From NCBI GenBank assembly GCA_951406725.2, contig OX597822.1:105400001-105464000 (forward strand): a stretch of DNA of 64,000 bases, read 5' to 3'. Shown piece by piece: positions 1 through 14,544 of the stretch. Origin of the DNA: Octopus vulgaris (lineage: Eukaryota). The notes beneath the pieces were generated by a model. That model did not search any database. It saw nothing but the letters and a program-made list of their open reading frames with translations, and had not been told where the DNA came from. Numbering within the stretch: the first letter of the stretch is position 1; each line of letters begins with the position of its first letter. The position numbers were made by a program, and so were the translations under genes.

Positions 1-149
1 TTAATTCCCCACTCCAACATGGCGAAGATGAGATTGTGTGTGTATGATTTGTATGCTAACATTACGATACAAATCTTGATTATTATCATCGTCATCGTCA
101 TCGTCGTTGTTGTCGCCATTGTTTTCCTCGTCATGATATTATTAAAAAT

Positions 150-575
150 TGAAAATGGCAGAATATTTAACACGCTGGGCAAATTCCTTATCGATATTTC
201 ACCGTCCTTTACGCTCTGAGTTCAAATTCCATCAACTTTCATTTTCATGATCTATATAATACGTGCCAGTTGAAGAATAGGGTCGATGTACTACTAGTCT
301 CCCCTCGGCACTTTTCAGGCTTTGTTCCCATACTCTTTTACTTGTTTCAGTCATTTGACTGTGGCCATGCCGGAGCACCGCCTGTTTTAGCCGAGCAAAT
401 CGACCATAGGACTTATTCTTTGTAAGCCTAGAACTTATTCTGTCGGTCTCTTTTGCCGAACCGCTAAGTTACGGGTACGTAAACACACCAGCGTCTGTTG
501 TCAAGCGATGTTGGGGGGTCAAACACAAACACACAAACATATACACACACACACACACACACATTCACACACACA

Positions 576-665
<90 letters not shown>

Positions 666-855
666 TATACGACGGGCTTCTGTCAATTTCCGTCTACCAA
701 ATCCACTCACAGGGGTTTGGTCGGCCCGAGGCTATAGTAGAGGAAACTAGCCCAAGGTGCCACTCAGTGGGACTGGACGCGGAACCGTGTGGTTCGTAAG
801 CAAGCTACTTACCACGCAGCCACTTCCACGCCTATAGTAGAAAGGGTTATTATTT
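150..855 (+). mobile_element. Old diverged group-C' tRNA-derived SINE, split by a younger group-A SINE
   Basis: Head ggcagaatatttaacacgctgggcaaa..tacgctctgagttcaaattcc at about 158-230. The tail ttcaggctttgttcccata|cctatagtagaaagggttatt resumes at about 831 and matches the C' tails at 46198-46230 and 47130-47165. Confidence 0.65.
331..833 (-). mobile_element. Group-A tRNA-derived SINE (CORE-like ccttgggcaagt motif, internal CA/TA microsatellite, AAGAGTA tail)
   Basis: Near-identical to copies at 18806, 27113 and 56033. A/B-box-like head gtggctgcgtggtaag..ggttccgcgtccagtcccac on the minus strand. Confidence 0.9.
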
Positions 856-1173
856 TGTTGTTACAATTGTAATACTGTGAGATGCCGACGGAATCTTTAG
901 CCCGTAGGACAAAATACATTGCGGCATTCCTCCCGGCTCTTTACGCTCTGAATTCAAAGCCTTCGTACCAGACCGTTCTTTTTACCCGTTCGGGGTTGGT
1001 AAATTAAAGTCGTTGCCAATTATCAGTGTCAATTTCTCTGCAAAGTTGGTGGACTAGAGCTTCTATGTGAAACCATTATTGTTGCTGCTCTTGTTTCTAC
1101 CGCGTCTTGTGCTGCTGTTGATGTTACTATTATTTGAATGAATGGGTTCTTCTGCCTAGTTTTACCATGAAGC

Positions 1174-1383
1174 TTAAGCATTCAGGTTATTCTATCAAGC
1201 GTAATACTTTTTTATTCATTTTCTTTTGAATTATTTCATAGCTTCAATATGTTGATGATGGGATTGTTTATATTAAGAATGACATGACAGGGTAGGTGTG
1301 AGAGGCTGGATCTGGTTATTTTTAACATAAAACAAGTAAAATATTCGGGCTGTATATGTCCGGTTTATGTGTTAAAGGGTTAA
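1174..1383. mobile_element. piggyBac-like MITE remnant
   Basis: Right end tgttaaagggTTAA fits a CCC/GGG TIR plus TTAA target; left end is degenerate. Confidence 0.45.
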
Positions 1384-1785
1384 TGCAAATGAAATTTGTC
1401 ATGCCATTTTGGCAATAAAATAACGTTGACTGCTTATCAGTCCCGTTAAACTGCAGTATAAAATAACACTTACTCTTGTAAATATTTCACATATTTTACA
1501 TTTATAAATATTGTTTAATTGAGATTTTATGTTTGCGTCTGTTGGTGGGGGAGCGTGAAGATAGACGACACGCAAACATTGCAACAGAAACTACTCTTGT
1601 TAATAATTTGCAAAACCTTGCTAATTAAAAAAAGAAAGTGTATCGAAATTAGAAACAGAAGCAATATCAGTTACACAGGTTCACGCTTTTATAGTCAGAG
1701 GTATTGAAAACAAAATCTGTAACACCAGCGGCACCTAATTTGCAAAGATCACTAGTCAAAAAGCTAACTGAAATTAAGGGAATAA

Positions 1786-2237
1786 AAGGCGACAAGCTGG
1801 CAGAAACGTTAGCACGCCGGGCGAAATGCTTAGCAGTATTTCGTCTGCCGTTACGTTCTGAGTTCAAATTCCGCCGAGGTCGACTTTGCCTTTCATCCTT
1901 TCGAAGTCGATAAATTAAGTACCAGTTACGCACTGGAGTCGATGTAATCGACTTAATCCGATTGTCTGTCCTTGTTTATCCCCTCTATGTTTAGTCCCTT
2001 GTTGGCAATAAAGAAATAAGAAACGTTAGCACGCCGGGCGAAATTCTTAGCAGTATTTCGTCTGCCGCTACGTTCTGAGTTCAAATTCTGCCGAGGTCGA
2101 CTTTACCTTTCATCTTTTCGGGGTTGATAAATTAAGTACCAGTTACGCATTGGGGTCGATGTAATCGACTTATTCCGTTTGTCTGTCCTTGTTTATCCCC
2201 GCTATGTTTAGCCCCTTGTGGGCAATAAAGAAATAAG
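1786..2237 (+). mobile_element. Group-C SINE, tandem dimer
   Basis: Two monomers (1786-2020 and 2020-2237) with B-box-like gagttcaaattcc. Flanking direct repeat gctaactgaaatt at 1763-1775 and 2241-2253. Confidence 0.9.
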
Positions 2238-2536
2238 ATTGCTAACTGAAATTGATTCAGCTGCCATAAAAAGGTAGCTTCACACACACTAATCCATATC
2301 TGAGGTACAAACGCCGCCTGTTAACTATCCTCGATGAGAACTTACTTGCGAGATTATTGTTGCGCGAAAGGTTTTCCCACATGCGGGTGCAGACGAGCGT
2401 CTTAAACATGTTTGCACATCTCTCTCTGTCGCCGCTCTCTCTCGCTTCGAACATACATACACACAAACACACATACACAAACACACACAAACATCCACGC
2501 ACATACATACACACACAAACAAACACCCCACATATA

Positions 2537-3076
<540 letters not shown>

Positions 3077-6000
3077 TAACCAGGAAAATGTAGCTGAGAC
3101 ATATTAAATATGTGTGTGCTTCTGTGTGTGCGCGCGTGTGTGTGTATATGTATGTGTTAATGAATATGCGTTTGTATGCCTGTATCCCAATTTCTTGACG
3201 TCCTGTAAAACGTTTTGAAAGTCTTCGTTTTTCTTGATTGATTGCATGGTCGCTAGAGGTCAAAACGAATGTAACCAAAGGTGCACACGATCAATGCTAG
3301 CCTAGGGTTAAAAACAATCAACAGCGAGGATAACAAAAAAGAAAAAGAAAACTCACGAAAGATCCAAGGTATAGTGTGTTCCGAAACACACAATGCCTGA
3401 AGAAATGCAACGGGATTGTTACGTCTGGAATGCGTTTCATTTATCGCTCTCCTCATACACATATAATGCCACACATCAGTGGTGGGGTATACAGGTATTG
3501 TGTAGAACTGAGTACATACCTGGTGATTATTTAATCAATATCGAGGGTAGTGATAAGGAAAATTAGCGGATATGTGATATGAAATTAGGAACGAGAAGGA
3601 CGGAAGAAATCCTGTTATGCATTTGTCCGGTTGCTATAAAATGTCCGCTACGTAGCCGTGTGTTATATCTAAATATCGATTCCTTATTCCAATTATTCTA
3701 GAGAGACAGAAATATTTGTGTAAATCGATCCCAGTAGATTGTTATTTCTATATATTGATTATCGCTCTTGTTGTTGTTTAACCATAGATTAGTCCTCGGC
3801 AAGCAGACCCATGATCAATGATGTTGAAGAGGCGGTTACCCCCTCCTCTTTCTCTTTCTGTCTGTCTCTCTGTCTGTCTGTCTCTCTCTCTATCTCTCTC
3901 TCTCTCCCTTCCAAGCATGACTTATGCGTGTTCCTTTTAAATCATACCTTAATGAGGTGTGTGCAGAAGATATAGATACTATTTATGTCAAGCCGAGTGA
4001 CTATCTAAACATTTCATCGTTGTCTCAACAATGCAATCTCTCACGCACTCTCTCTCTCTCTCTGCATACAAATAGCTGCATACCGAATACAATAGGATAC
4101 AAGTTTTGGTAGCGGTGTACAGTATTACCAGATGCTGGTATTAAGTTTTGTAAGTCTTGGAAAATGGAGTTATAAAGTGATCACGTAAGATCTGAATCTA
4201 AATACAGATTAATTGTTCATTACGTAATTATTTTAGCGCTCTTCGTTTCTATTACCCTATACGCTTGATCGACTTGAAAACAGAGCAAATTAAAAACTAT
4301 TTATGCGTCGACTAATTATCATGTCTGATAATTAAACACGAGCCGAACATCACTTTATACACCCTTCTTTTCTCGTATACCCAGTAAGAGGGATAACGAT
4401 TACGATCCACTTACGGGCTTCGAAACTGGTGGAGATGAACGAAAGGTTTATTTGTACCAGAAACCTGTCCAGAATTCCTGAAACAGAAGACTCCAGAAAA
4501 GGTACTCGAGAGAAGATGGTGAGTGGCATTAATCCGGACGATGGATAAAGTAAACTAACCAACCAGGCGACGGTAGGAATTGAACTCAGAATAAAATATT
4601 GCAAAGCTTCTTGTTTGAAGCCCTAACTACTCGACCAGTCCTCCACCTTAAGCTGGGACAATTTTTTCGACTTGGAAGGATGAACGGTAAAATTGATATT
4701 TGAACCCAGAACGGAAGAAGGCAGAATAAATGCCGTTTTCAAAAGGAAGAACATATTACATAGATTGAATCGTATAAATAAATAAAGATATGATTATAAT
4801 GTCGGGCGTTGATAATAGATCTGCTGAATGCGAGTTGTCCTTGGGCTAAACATATCCATAATAAACCCATAACGGACCCACTACCATGCTTATTTTATTA
4901 AGTGATGTAGGAATGTCAGGACATCCGTTAATTATATGGTTATCTCATCATGTAGTAAACCGCGTTTTTATGATTCATCATAATTCATTGATCGAATTTT
5001 AAGTTATACCTCGGTGTGAGAAGACAAGTTAATATAGGCGAAACACTGATAAAAATTACAATATCATTAAAACACCCAAATCTTACTTAATACGAAAACC
5101 CGAATTTATCCAGCGTTTATATATTAATTAATTCAGCTGCATCCATTGTCTTGCCTTGTTGTACGCTTCTACCTTTTTATTTCCTTGTGACATCAGCTTC
5201 ACAATTGATCTGCATACTTTCTCTGAAAACTTATGACTCATGTCACTACACCACAGCATCAGAAAGTAGTCGCAGCTAATCTAGGCTGCAGTATGAACTG
5301 ACAAGCCATAATTGCAGCCTAGAACGGAATTTTCGATGTTTTAAAAGTCAGACGCTATAAATTTATTCCATTGAATCAAGCTCGTGTTTTTTTTTCTCCG
5401 TTAAATTTATTGCCGCTCTTTGCCAAAATCCGAGTAGAAGAGTTACCTCTAATTAGGCATCTTTATGCAAATATTTTCTTGTTCTTCGGAATTTATTGGC
5501 TAGAGTTTACTTTGATGTCCCTCAGTAATGCTGTTGGGCTTTTTATCAGTGATTTCTTGCTCGTTATTGCACAAGCTTTGAAAATTACATCTCTTCTGCT
5601 ATTTTATTCCTAACTGCACGCTAGAATCACTGAAAATGGCTATCACAGCAAAATGACAACGTTTTATTGTTTCACACGTTCGTAAAAGAGAGCCAAAAAC
5701 CGTTTTGAACATTTAATGTTCCTATACATTTGACAGATGTATCCAAATGAAATATGTCATACATTTCTAATGCTATAAATTTTTCCACGCATAAAAACCT
5801 AACTCCTTTGATATCTTTATAATGCGATGGGGATCAATTTGAAGCAATACAGTTTTTGACAGCCTTCGCTGAAATTACGTATAAAGAACACAGCAGATAG
5901 AAATCAATAGGAACGCGCGCGATAATTACATAGGTACAGTTAGTTCTAGATCTACATTTTAAATGGTCAAAAAAATCACATATCCAAGTCATTTACTTTG

Positions 6001-6281
6001 ATTTCCATTCATTAACGTCGAATTTGTTTTATTGATTATTCTCCAACTTGTATTTTAAATTGAATCACTAGCATTTATTGATATTTTCACTCTAATTTTA
6101 TATCAAATTCTTGTTAAATTAATTCACTATATGATTTTAACTTTGATGATATTTTGGGTCAGCCTTAAATTTACTCAAAATTTTTATATACATACATTTA
6201 CTCACATACATACACAAACACACATCCACAGCAAAAGGTATATGTATGTATGTAATATTTTATCATATTATATATTTATAT

Positions 6282-6336
<55 letters not shown>

Positions 6337-6354
6337 ATGTTATATAGTATTATA

Positions 6355-6404
<50 letters not shown>

Positions 6405-6436
6405 CAAATAAGCACGCACTCACCCACGCATATATC

Positions 6437-6474
<38 letters not shown>

Positions 6475-6490
6475 TGGGTGGGTTCGTGCT

Positions 6491-6551
<61 letters not shown>

Positions 6552-7940
6552 AGTGTATTTAGCTATAACTTATGTTTCCAGATATGAAAAATATTCTTAA
6601 ATTTGAGTACAAAAAGATTAATCAAAATACAGAGTATCTGAAAGTATTTATTAAAATCTTAACGTTGCACGACGTCTGTCAAGATAAATTTTATGCTATA
6701 ATTATAATAATTTAAATACGTTTAAAGGCACATAAAATGACATTTAGGAAGATGAATAACCAGAGCTCTAGGCTAAATACATTTAAATGTCTTTAGTACC
6801 AATTTCTCCACACTCTGAATAATAATAAAAATAAAATTAAAATAAACTCTAGTTCGATTTCCCCATTTGATCCACTCAGCAAAAGGAACCAACTGTACTT
6901 CGTCTCTTGAATAAAAAAAAAATGAACTGAACAGAATTAATCAATATAAAACGCTTAATAGTTGTAATACTGTTTATATGACGACTGGTCATTTCAGAGA
7001 ATATCGTTGACTAATCCACTTTTAAGTTCAATAAAGTTTCTAGTTTTTCTAAAACTGCGTGTTTCGCATGTTGTTTGCTTTTGTTGGAAAAAGCCGAAAT
7101 ATCATTTACATTCACGTTTGAAGGTCGGAGATGATATTCATTTGATATTTTCAGACACTGATAAGTAAATGTGAATTATATTACTCTTAAGTGCGTATCC
7201 TTAATAATTGCATAAAAGCAGCGCCATATTTCCTACGTAATGACAGACCGTTTGTTGCATTACCCAATCAAAGCTCGATTTATGATACAGCCGAGCAATG
7301 TCTAACCACACCATTCAATTAGCTGCATGACAGATATTTGATATTATGTTGCCTGCCTTTGAAATATAAACGTGTATTTTATGTCTATTGCTCACTCACA
7401 TTGAATCATGTTACAGAAATATGTTAATTTTGTTGTTATTGTTGTTGTTGTTGCTGCTGTATTAGCATAATTTACCATTGACCTTTATGTTACTGCAGGT
7501 GACGACAGTAAAATGTAATGTTATAATTAGACTTCACGCAAGATCTTTATAAAATAATAATAACAAAATGGCTGTGTGTTACATTTTGGGTACACTTATA
7601 CACAGGCAATTCAAAATGGCTGGTATAGATAAAATTCATTCTATTGTTTAGGTTTGTAGAGAGACAATATTACGGCAGTTTGACAAGTGCTAATCAAAAA
7701 TACTGATAAATATAATAAAAATTAGAATTCTTTCTTTTTAACATAGGCAAAAAATATGAAATTTTTGGGGAGATTACAATGGCCCAATCGCTCAATTTGT
7801 ACTTATTTCATCAGCTCCCGAAAGGATGAAAAACAAAGTCAGCCTCGATGGGATATGAGCTCAGAGTGTATAAAGCCCGAAGGAAATGCCACTAAGCATT
7901 TTCTCGGCCGCTTTAACAATTCTGCCAGCTCAGCGCTCCT

Positions 7941-7957
7941 ATAACAACAACAACAAC

Positions 7958-8016
<59 letters not shown>

Positions 8017-8060
8017 TAATAATAATGATGATAATAATTATAATAATAATAATTATTATA

Positions 8061-8140
<80 letters not shown>

Positions 8141-8154
8141 AATAATAATAATAA
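7941..8154. repeat. (AAC)n-(AAT)n-(GAT)n compound trinucleotide microsatellite
   Basis: Direct inspection. Confidence 0.95.
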
Positions 8155-8432
8155 TGTGTGTTTTGTTCACCATCCTTAAACAACCCTTATTCAGGGACTT
8201 TTTGAGCGGGATGAGCTACTCGACCAGAAGAAAATTTTAACTGGGCCCCCACCTGCAAGGTCATGCACTGTTTATCTTGATATGAGATCACCATATCGCG
8301 CACATATGGTTGTGATGCATGTGCCTGGTGTACTCTTATCAGACGAGTAGTCATCATGGGTATACTGGGCTTCGTATATTTTACCCCAGTGTCACTTTGA
8401 TTGCATGCACTGCTCTCTCACTCAATAATAAT
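8155..8432 (+). mobile_element. 3' terminal (UTR-like) segment associated with R4/Dong-like retrotransposon, ending in (AAT)n
   Basis: Homologous to the minus-strand copies at 46262-46775 and 49494-49940; the latter follows an RLE C-terminus. Ends gctctctcactcAATAATAAT. Confidence 0.7.
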
Positions 8433-8695
8433 GCAAGAAACAGGATTGAAGCGATCAATACTTTAGCTATACCAGTCGTGAATTACAGTTTCAATATCTT
8501 TAACTGGTCAATTAGTGAAATATGTAATCTTGACAGAAAAATACTAAAACTGTTGACAATGCATAGAATGCACCACCCTAAGGAAGATATAGAACGAATT
8601 TACCTGCCAAGAAAAGTGGGTGGCCGTGGACTTTTACAACTGGAATTAACAATGAAGATTGCCACAATTGGCCTCAACACCTACCTGAAATATAT
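8421..8695 (+). pseudogene. R4/Dong-clade non-LTR retrotransposon RT/thumb-region fragment
   Basis: NARNRIEAINTLAIPVVNYSFNIFNW..LDRKILKLLTMHRMHHPKEDIERIYLPRKVGGRGL fits the LYLPRxxGGRGL region of RLE-encoding LINEs. Confidence 0.85.
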
Positions 8696-8760
8696 ATAAT
8701 GATTTAGGAGTGTCTCTAGACGACATCGTGATATTTTCTGGTCAAAAAACAGTGCCTGAA

Positions 8761-9055
8761 ATAAGGTTAAATAAATGAATATGGTTAACTGTTAAAGCAG
8801 GAGTATATGGATATAGAATTTTGCGGAGTATGGAGTACCAAGAAAAAATCGTATCAAAAGCAGTTGAAGAAAATGATATAAAACATATTATGAACAAAAA
8901 TATACCAAAGCCTATCGAATATAATAACGTTACATAAAGACCCAAAATATCCTTACTAATCATAGCCCACATATGTGGAATAGCACTTCTCTATGGTATC
9001 GCCACAATATAAGCAATATATTATAATACATGCTGTATAATTTCTGACACCCAAT
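8761..9055 (+). pseudogene. Possible heavily decayed Penelope-like RT N-terminal fragment
   Basis: Frameshifted reading LTVKAGVYGYRILRSMEYQEKI..NIPKP/TLHKDPKYP/LIIAHICG..YGIA..IISDTQ loosely follows the PLE motif order ADKG..DY..K, PKLHK, RPII, IxD. Confidence 0.3.
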
Positions 9056-9370
9056 AAAAGCTGGAGGACATCGCCCGTGAAGCAGCTTATGAGAAAATTT
9101 GCTGCAGTTTGTTTCATCAGCTTTTATGCGAATCCTTTTGCATTCCGGTATTCTTCGCTGTCGAGTTGTATTAACCTTGGATATTTTCCAAACGCATTTT
9201 AATATTGAGAATGCCTTTATGAATTAGCTGTAATTAGATGTGCAACGGTAATGTGATTGAAAGACTTCTTTGAGTTTTGGTTATAGAAATAATGAAACGT
9301 CAATATATACTCCGTGTACAAATTTATGCATACTCCAAATCAGGAGTGCACACACACACACACACACATA

Positions 9371-9760
<390 letters not shown>

Positions 9761-11214
9761 CATCTTTTCTGTAATTATTATATTATTTTACAAACAAGTA
9801 AGCAAATTATATGCTGTTCTTGTTCTACATAGGCGGCTGCTAGTTTCGTCTTTGTCATCACACCTACAAGTGTTTAAGCCAGAAAACTACTCTGATCACC
9901 TTAGCCAGCGCATTCATTCGCCAACTGCAAACCTAAAGAATATTGATGCCCATATGCGTTTTATTTTTAGGTTTCATCCTAGATACGTTGAAGCTGAACA
10001 AATGAAAGTCTGAGTTGGTCTAAATATAAAAGAATAAGATTTCGTAAGCGAAGACAGTGACACAATAAGAGTGAAGACTTACTAATTCAAAGAATGAGCT
10101 GTAGCAATGTATTTAACAAATTTGGAAATCAGCTAAATAAGCAGTTTTTGATATTACACTAGCATTGTAATACACTAAAGAAAAAAAGTAGCATATCTAA
10201 ACCGATGTTTTACAAATGTACAATAACAGAGAAAGTAAACATTTAAAAAGATTTTATTGATGTTGTAAGTGACCTATCCATTGCCTAATTGAAGCTGTTG
10301 AAAATACAAAAATCCCAACAAAAAAAGAAGGTGCTGAGCATTGTAAAAATGAGGCATTTTAATTTGAATTCCGACGTTCCTGCTTAAAGATATATTCTTC
10401 CAATTCCAGTGATTCATTTCGCTGAATATCTCACATATTTTGTATCTCCTACGCTGGTGAAAATGTCTTCTGTAAACAGAGTCAACGGATGTAAGATCTT
10501 TGGAACAAACTATGTGGAGCTGCTGAAAAATAAATATTTATAAGTGTACTTGTTAAACATGTCTGTTATATACTCATATAGCTTAAGAATATGAATGGTA
10601 TTGATATCACAAACTAATCAGTTTCTTCAAAAATTAATAATGAGGGTAATTATTTCTAGCAGAAACACAAGGCCATAATTTAGGGCCAATGGTTAGGATT
10701 GTCACAACCATGACGCATTTGACTACTATCGATGGGACTTGGATTCCGAAATTAAAGAACTGTAATTTAGTAATGGCTATTGATTTTGAAGCAAGACCAG
10801 TATTTTTTTAGTCGAGGTTGATATCAACGACTTCAGTACCTGAAAGCTATTATATTTTATCGAAATTTATCTCAGTGGGATTTGAAATCGAAACGAATAG
10901 AGTCGCAAGAAACATTAGAAAAACAATTATTCCGCTGCCCTCGAGAATTATGTAGACCGGCTTTCTTGAGCTGAAATGTAATAGTAATCATAGAAATATT
11001 AATATTTCTAAGTGTCTTTAAAAGAGACAACGGCAGCGGTACTGGATATTAATAGTTATCGCCCAAGCTAATATGGCAGTCCAGAGATATAGGACGAATG
11101 CTGCCGCTGATTAGCTCGAAGACGGCATCGCCTCTAGCTAGCTGACACACGAACCTGTGTCCATTATAACCTTCGATCAGGGGAGGTGAGCCCCTTCCTC
11201 TTGCTTGTCAGGCA

Positions 11215-11256
11215 TCAGCAGACTAGTTTCAGGGTATTTGCCCCTTATCAATGCAG
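11215..11256 (-). ncRNA. Decayed minimal hammerhead motif inside a GC-richer repeat (about 11075-11350)
   Basis: Minus strand: tctgca-TTGATAA-GGGG caaata CCCT-GAAAC-ta-GTC-tgctga; two transitions from CTGATGA; stem III palindrome ACTAGT. Confidence 0.6.
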
Positions 11257-11497
11257 AGCAGCCGAACCCAGCAGGCGTCGTTACTAACCGTGGATAACAT
11301 ACCATTAGTCTTGGGCACAGGAGACACCCTGTACTAAGAAAGCAGTCCTAAAATTAAGATATACCACATATATGCCACCTCACTATTTAACTATTTGACA
11401 GTGGTGGGTCTTATATATTTCCTAGAGATTGACAAAGTGACTGAATATTTAGAACTACCACCGAGACCTGCACAGGTGATCGGCTTCACCTGGATAT

Positions 11498-11695
11498 GGA
11501 ACAGCCTAAGTAAGAGTGAGAGAAAGTTGTGGTGAAAGAGTACAGCAGGGATCACCACCATCCCTGCCGGAGCCTCGTGGAGCTTTTTCAGGTGTTTTCG
11601 CTCAATAAACACTCACAACGCCCGGTCTGGGAATCGAAACCGCGATCCTACGACCGCGAGTCCGCTGCCCTAACCACTGGGCCATTGCGCCTCCA
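11498..11695 (-). mobile_element. Group-B tRNA-derived SINE, short-tail form
   Basis: Head ggaggcgcaatggcccagtggttagggcagcggactc..ggtttcgattccc; 11-bp TSD cacctggatat at 11487-11497 and 11696-11706. Confidence 0.9.
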
Positions 11696-11914
11696 CACCT
11701 GGATATACCTACCAGGAAAAGAAATAGCGACACTCGAGCCTACGGTATCTAGTTGATGCTTAGACACTTATGCTGTGTCTCGTCATTATAAAATTATACC
11801 TTTATAATAATATTTATGGTTTATGAATTATATACAAAGCTTCAAATGTTGAGGGGAGGGTGTTAGTCGAGTCTGCAGATCTCAATAGTTAAATAGTACA
11901 TTATCTTATAAAGA

Positions 11915-12328
11915 AAGGTGGCGAGCTGGCAGAAGCGTTAGCATGCCGGGCGAAATGCTTAGCGGTATTTCGTCTGCCGTTACGTTCTGAGTTCAAATTC
12001 CGCCGATGTCGAGTTTGCCTTTCATCCTTTCGGGGTCGATAAATTAAGTACCAGTTTCGCACGGGGTCGATATCGACTTAATCCGTTTGTCTGTCCTTGT
12101 TTGTCCTCTCTGTGTTTAGCCCCGTGTGGGTAATAAAGAAATAGGCATTTCGTCTCCCGCTACATTCTGAGTTCAAATTCCGCCGAGGTCGACTTTGCCT
12201 TTCATCCTTTCGAAGTCGATTAAATAAGTACCAGTTACGCACTGGGGTCGATATAATCGACTTAATCCGTTTGTCTGTGCTTGTTTGTCTTCTCTATGTT
12301 TAGCCCCTTGTGGGTAGTAAAGAAATAG
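11915..12328 (+). mobile_element. Group-C SINE dimer
   Basis: 19-bp TSD gtacattat(c/t)ttataaaga at 11896-11914 and 12329-12347. Confidence 0.9.
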
Positions 12329-14394
12329 GTACATTATTTTATAAAGACTGAAAAGATGTCAGGCAGGGTCTACCTCGATAGCATTTGAAAGCAGAATGGA
12401 AAGAGCCGGAATACATACTGAAAAGCACTTTTTCCGACAAATGATTTCGCCGACTCGCTGCCTTTTCGTAATAATATTTACAATTACAGTATGTAAATTT
12501 TGAAGACAACGTACGTTGATTGGAGCGAATAAAATATTTTATCTTAAAAACTAGCATTAAATTTATTATATTTGCAAAAGGATAATATAACACTTTGAAA
12601 TAGAAATCAATTTTTGAAATATAGACACAATATAATATCCATCGACCGATTTTTATTTTAATTCAATAATTATTTTTGTTGAAATATTCCCCAAATACTA
12701 AAAAATTAGTTATTTTTGGTTATTTTTTTTTCTGACCACTTGTATGTTATAAAACTAACGAAAAGTAAATGAAACATAAAAATATTAAGAACGGATAACT
12801 TTCATAGAGAAATACAAATGTTTTATGAGAGTATTAAGATCATTTATCAGAAAATTAATTTCCCATTCTGCTTCATAACTGAGAAATGATCTTATTATCT
12901 ATCTGCTGTTTGTTGTTTTATCGAACAAAACTGTTACAATAAAATAAACGTCAGAATGTTTGATTATCATATATTTCCCCAATGATATTCTGTGATTTAA
13001 AGTTCATTCATGATTACCATCAATGTATACACACACACACACATACGCGCACTCATATGTATATGTTATATTAGTTTCGATGCTTCTATGTTGATTTAGT
13101 AAAGTCTCATTTCTTTAACTTAGTGTAAAATAAAATCTTTTTGAGAACATAAATGTCTTGGCAAGCCACCCGCCCATCATAATTTGGTAGAAATTCGGTG
13201 TTGTATATCACAGAATTTCTGCCTATAAATAACACACTATTCAAATGCAATATGCCGGCGGTGAATTCTTTTAATTATGAAACAAAATCTATTATCGCAT
13301 TCACTATTTTAATCTTCCAGTCCGCAAAGGCCTACACTAAATCAATCTCGTGAAACATATAGCCGAAACAGTTTGAAAACATAATGCAAGTAAAGTTGAA
13401 ATTTAGCTTGCAGTTAAATAGGCAACATGTATGATACTATTTTAATTATGTGTCTTCCACCTGATTAATTACGTTTAAACAAGATTTTCCAACGCCGGTC
13501 ATGTTCACATCGTGTCTGCAAGGAATGATTCAACAATTGTTAATAAAACAAACGTGATATTCATTTATTTCTCCCTTTTGGGCTTTATTTATTTATTTGT
13601 GTATTTCGTTGTTGAAGAAATTCATCAATGCAGAAGCCACATGTAGTAAGAGAGCTCATAATATTTCGTGTTTGGGGCAGTGAAAGAAAGGAAGAAAGGA
13701 TGTTGCTATTCGTTTAAGTGTAAGGTGGGATGGAGAGAGAGAAAGAAAGGAAGTGGTTGGCGATAGGAGACAAGAAAGACTGAAGGAACGGAAAGAAAGT
13801 AAACAATTAAATATAAATAACAGGAACGATTTAGAGAACAGGGCAGCGATGTTGTGATTTCTCTTGAATTATTCATTAGTAACGGAAAAACGAAAAGAAT
13901 TGGAGTGAAGTGCAGTGTAAATTTGGACTGAAGCGAATGTAAAAAGAAATGGATGATGAAGGGAACACATTTTACGCTGAAGAAAAAGTGATTAAGTTTA
14001 TTGCCTTAAAGTATTTTCTTGCAAAAGAATTCTTATCAATTCACTAGCTGGATTTTTTTTTTGGTTGTTTTATTTAACATTTTACTTCTATTTTCTAAAA
14101 CAAGAAATATACCAGTGAATCTTTACGTAATAATACACATTAAATTCTCGATAAAAGCATCTTATTAATTCTAACTAATTTATGACAAATTGTACTGCGG
14201 CAGAAAACGCTGCAATAGGCATAATTTTGTTTTCCTAAAATTTCATTAAATATTGGTTTTTACAGTGTTTTGTCTTTATTCTTGAGTCTAGGAGATTATT
14301 GTACTCGTCTGTGAAATAAAACAAACTGGTGTACATCTTTAGACAAGACGTAATACAAGACACATACTCACAAAGAAATGCTATTGCCGATACC

Positions 14395-14479
<85 letters not shown>

Positions 14480-14544
14480 GTATGTTTATACATATATATG
14501 TATCTATATATACACATATATGTATGTATATATACATATATATA

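Noticed and set aside
5280-5322. Short inverted repeat tctaggctgca/tgcagcctaga
   Set aside because: Only 11 bp with no other supporting structure.
9832-10013. Possible exon after ttctacatag with an open frame
   Set aside because: No recognisable protein similarity and no clear donor or partner exons.
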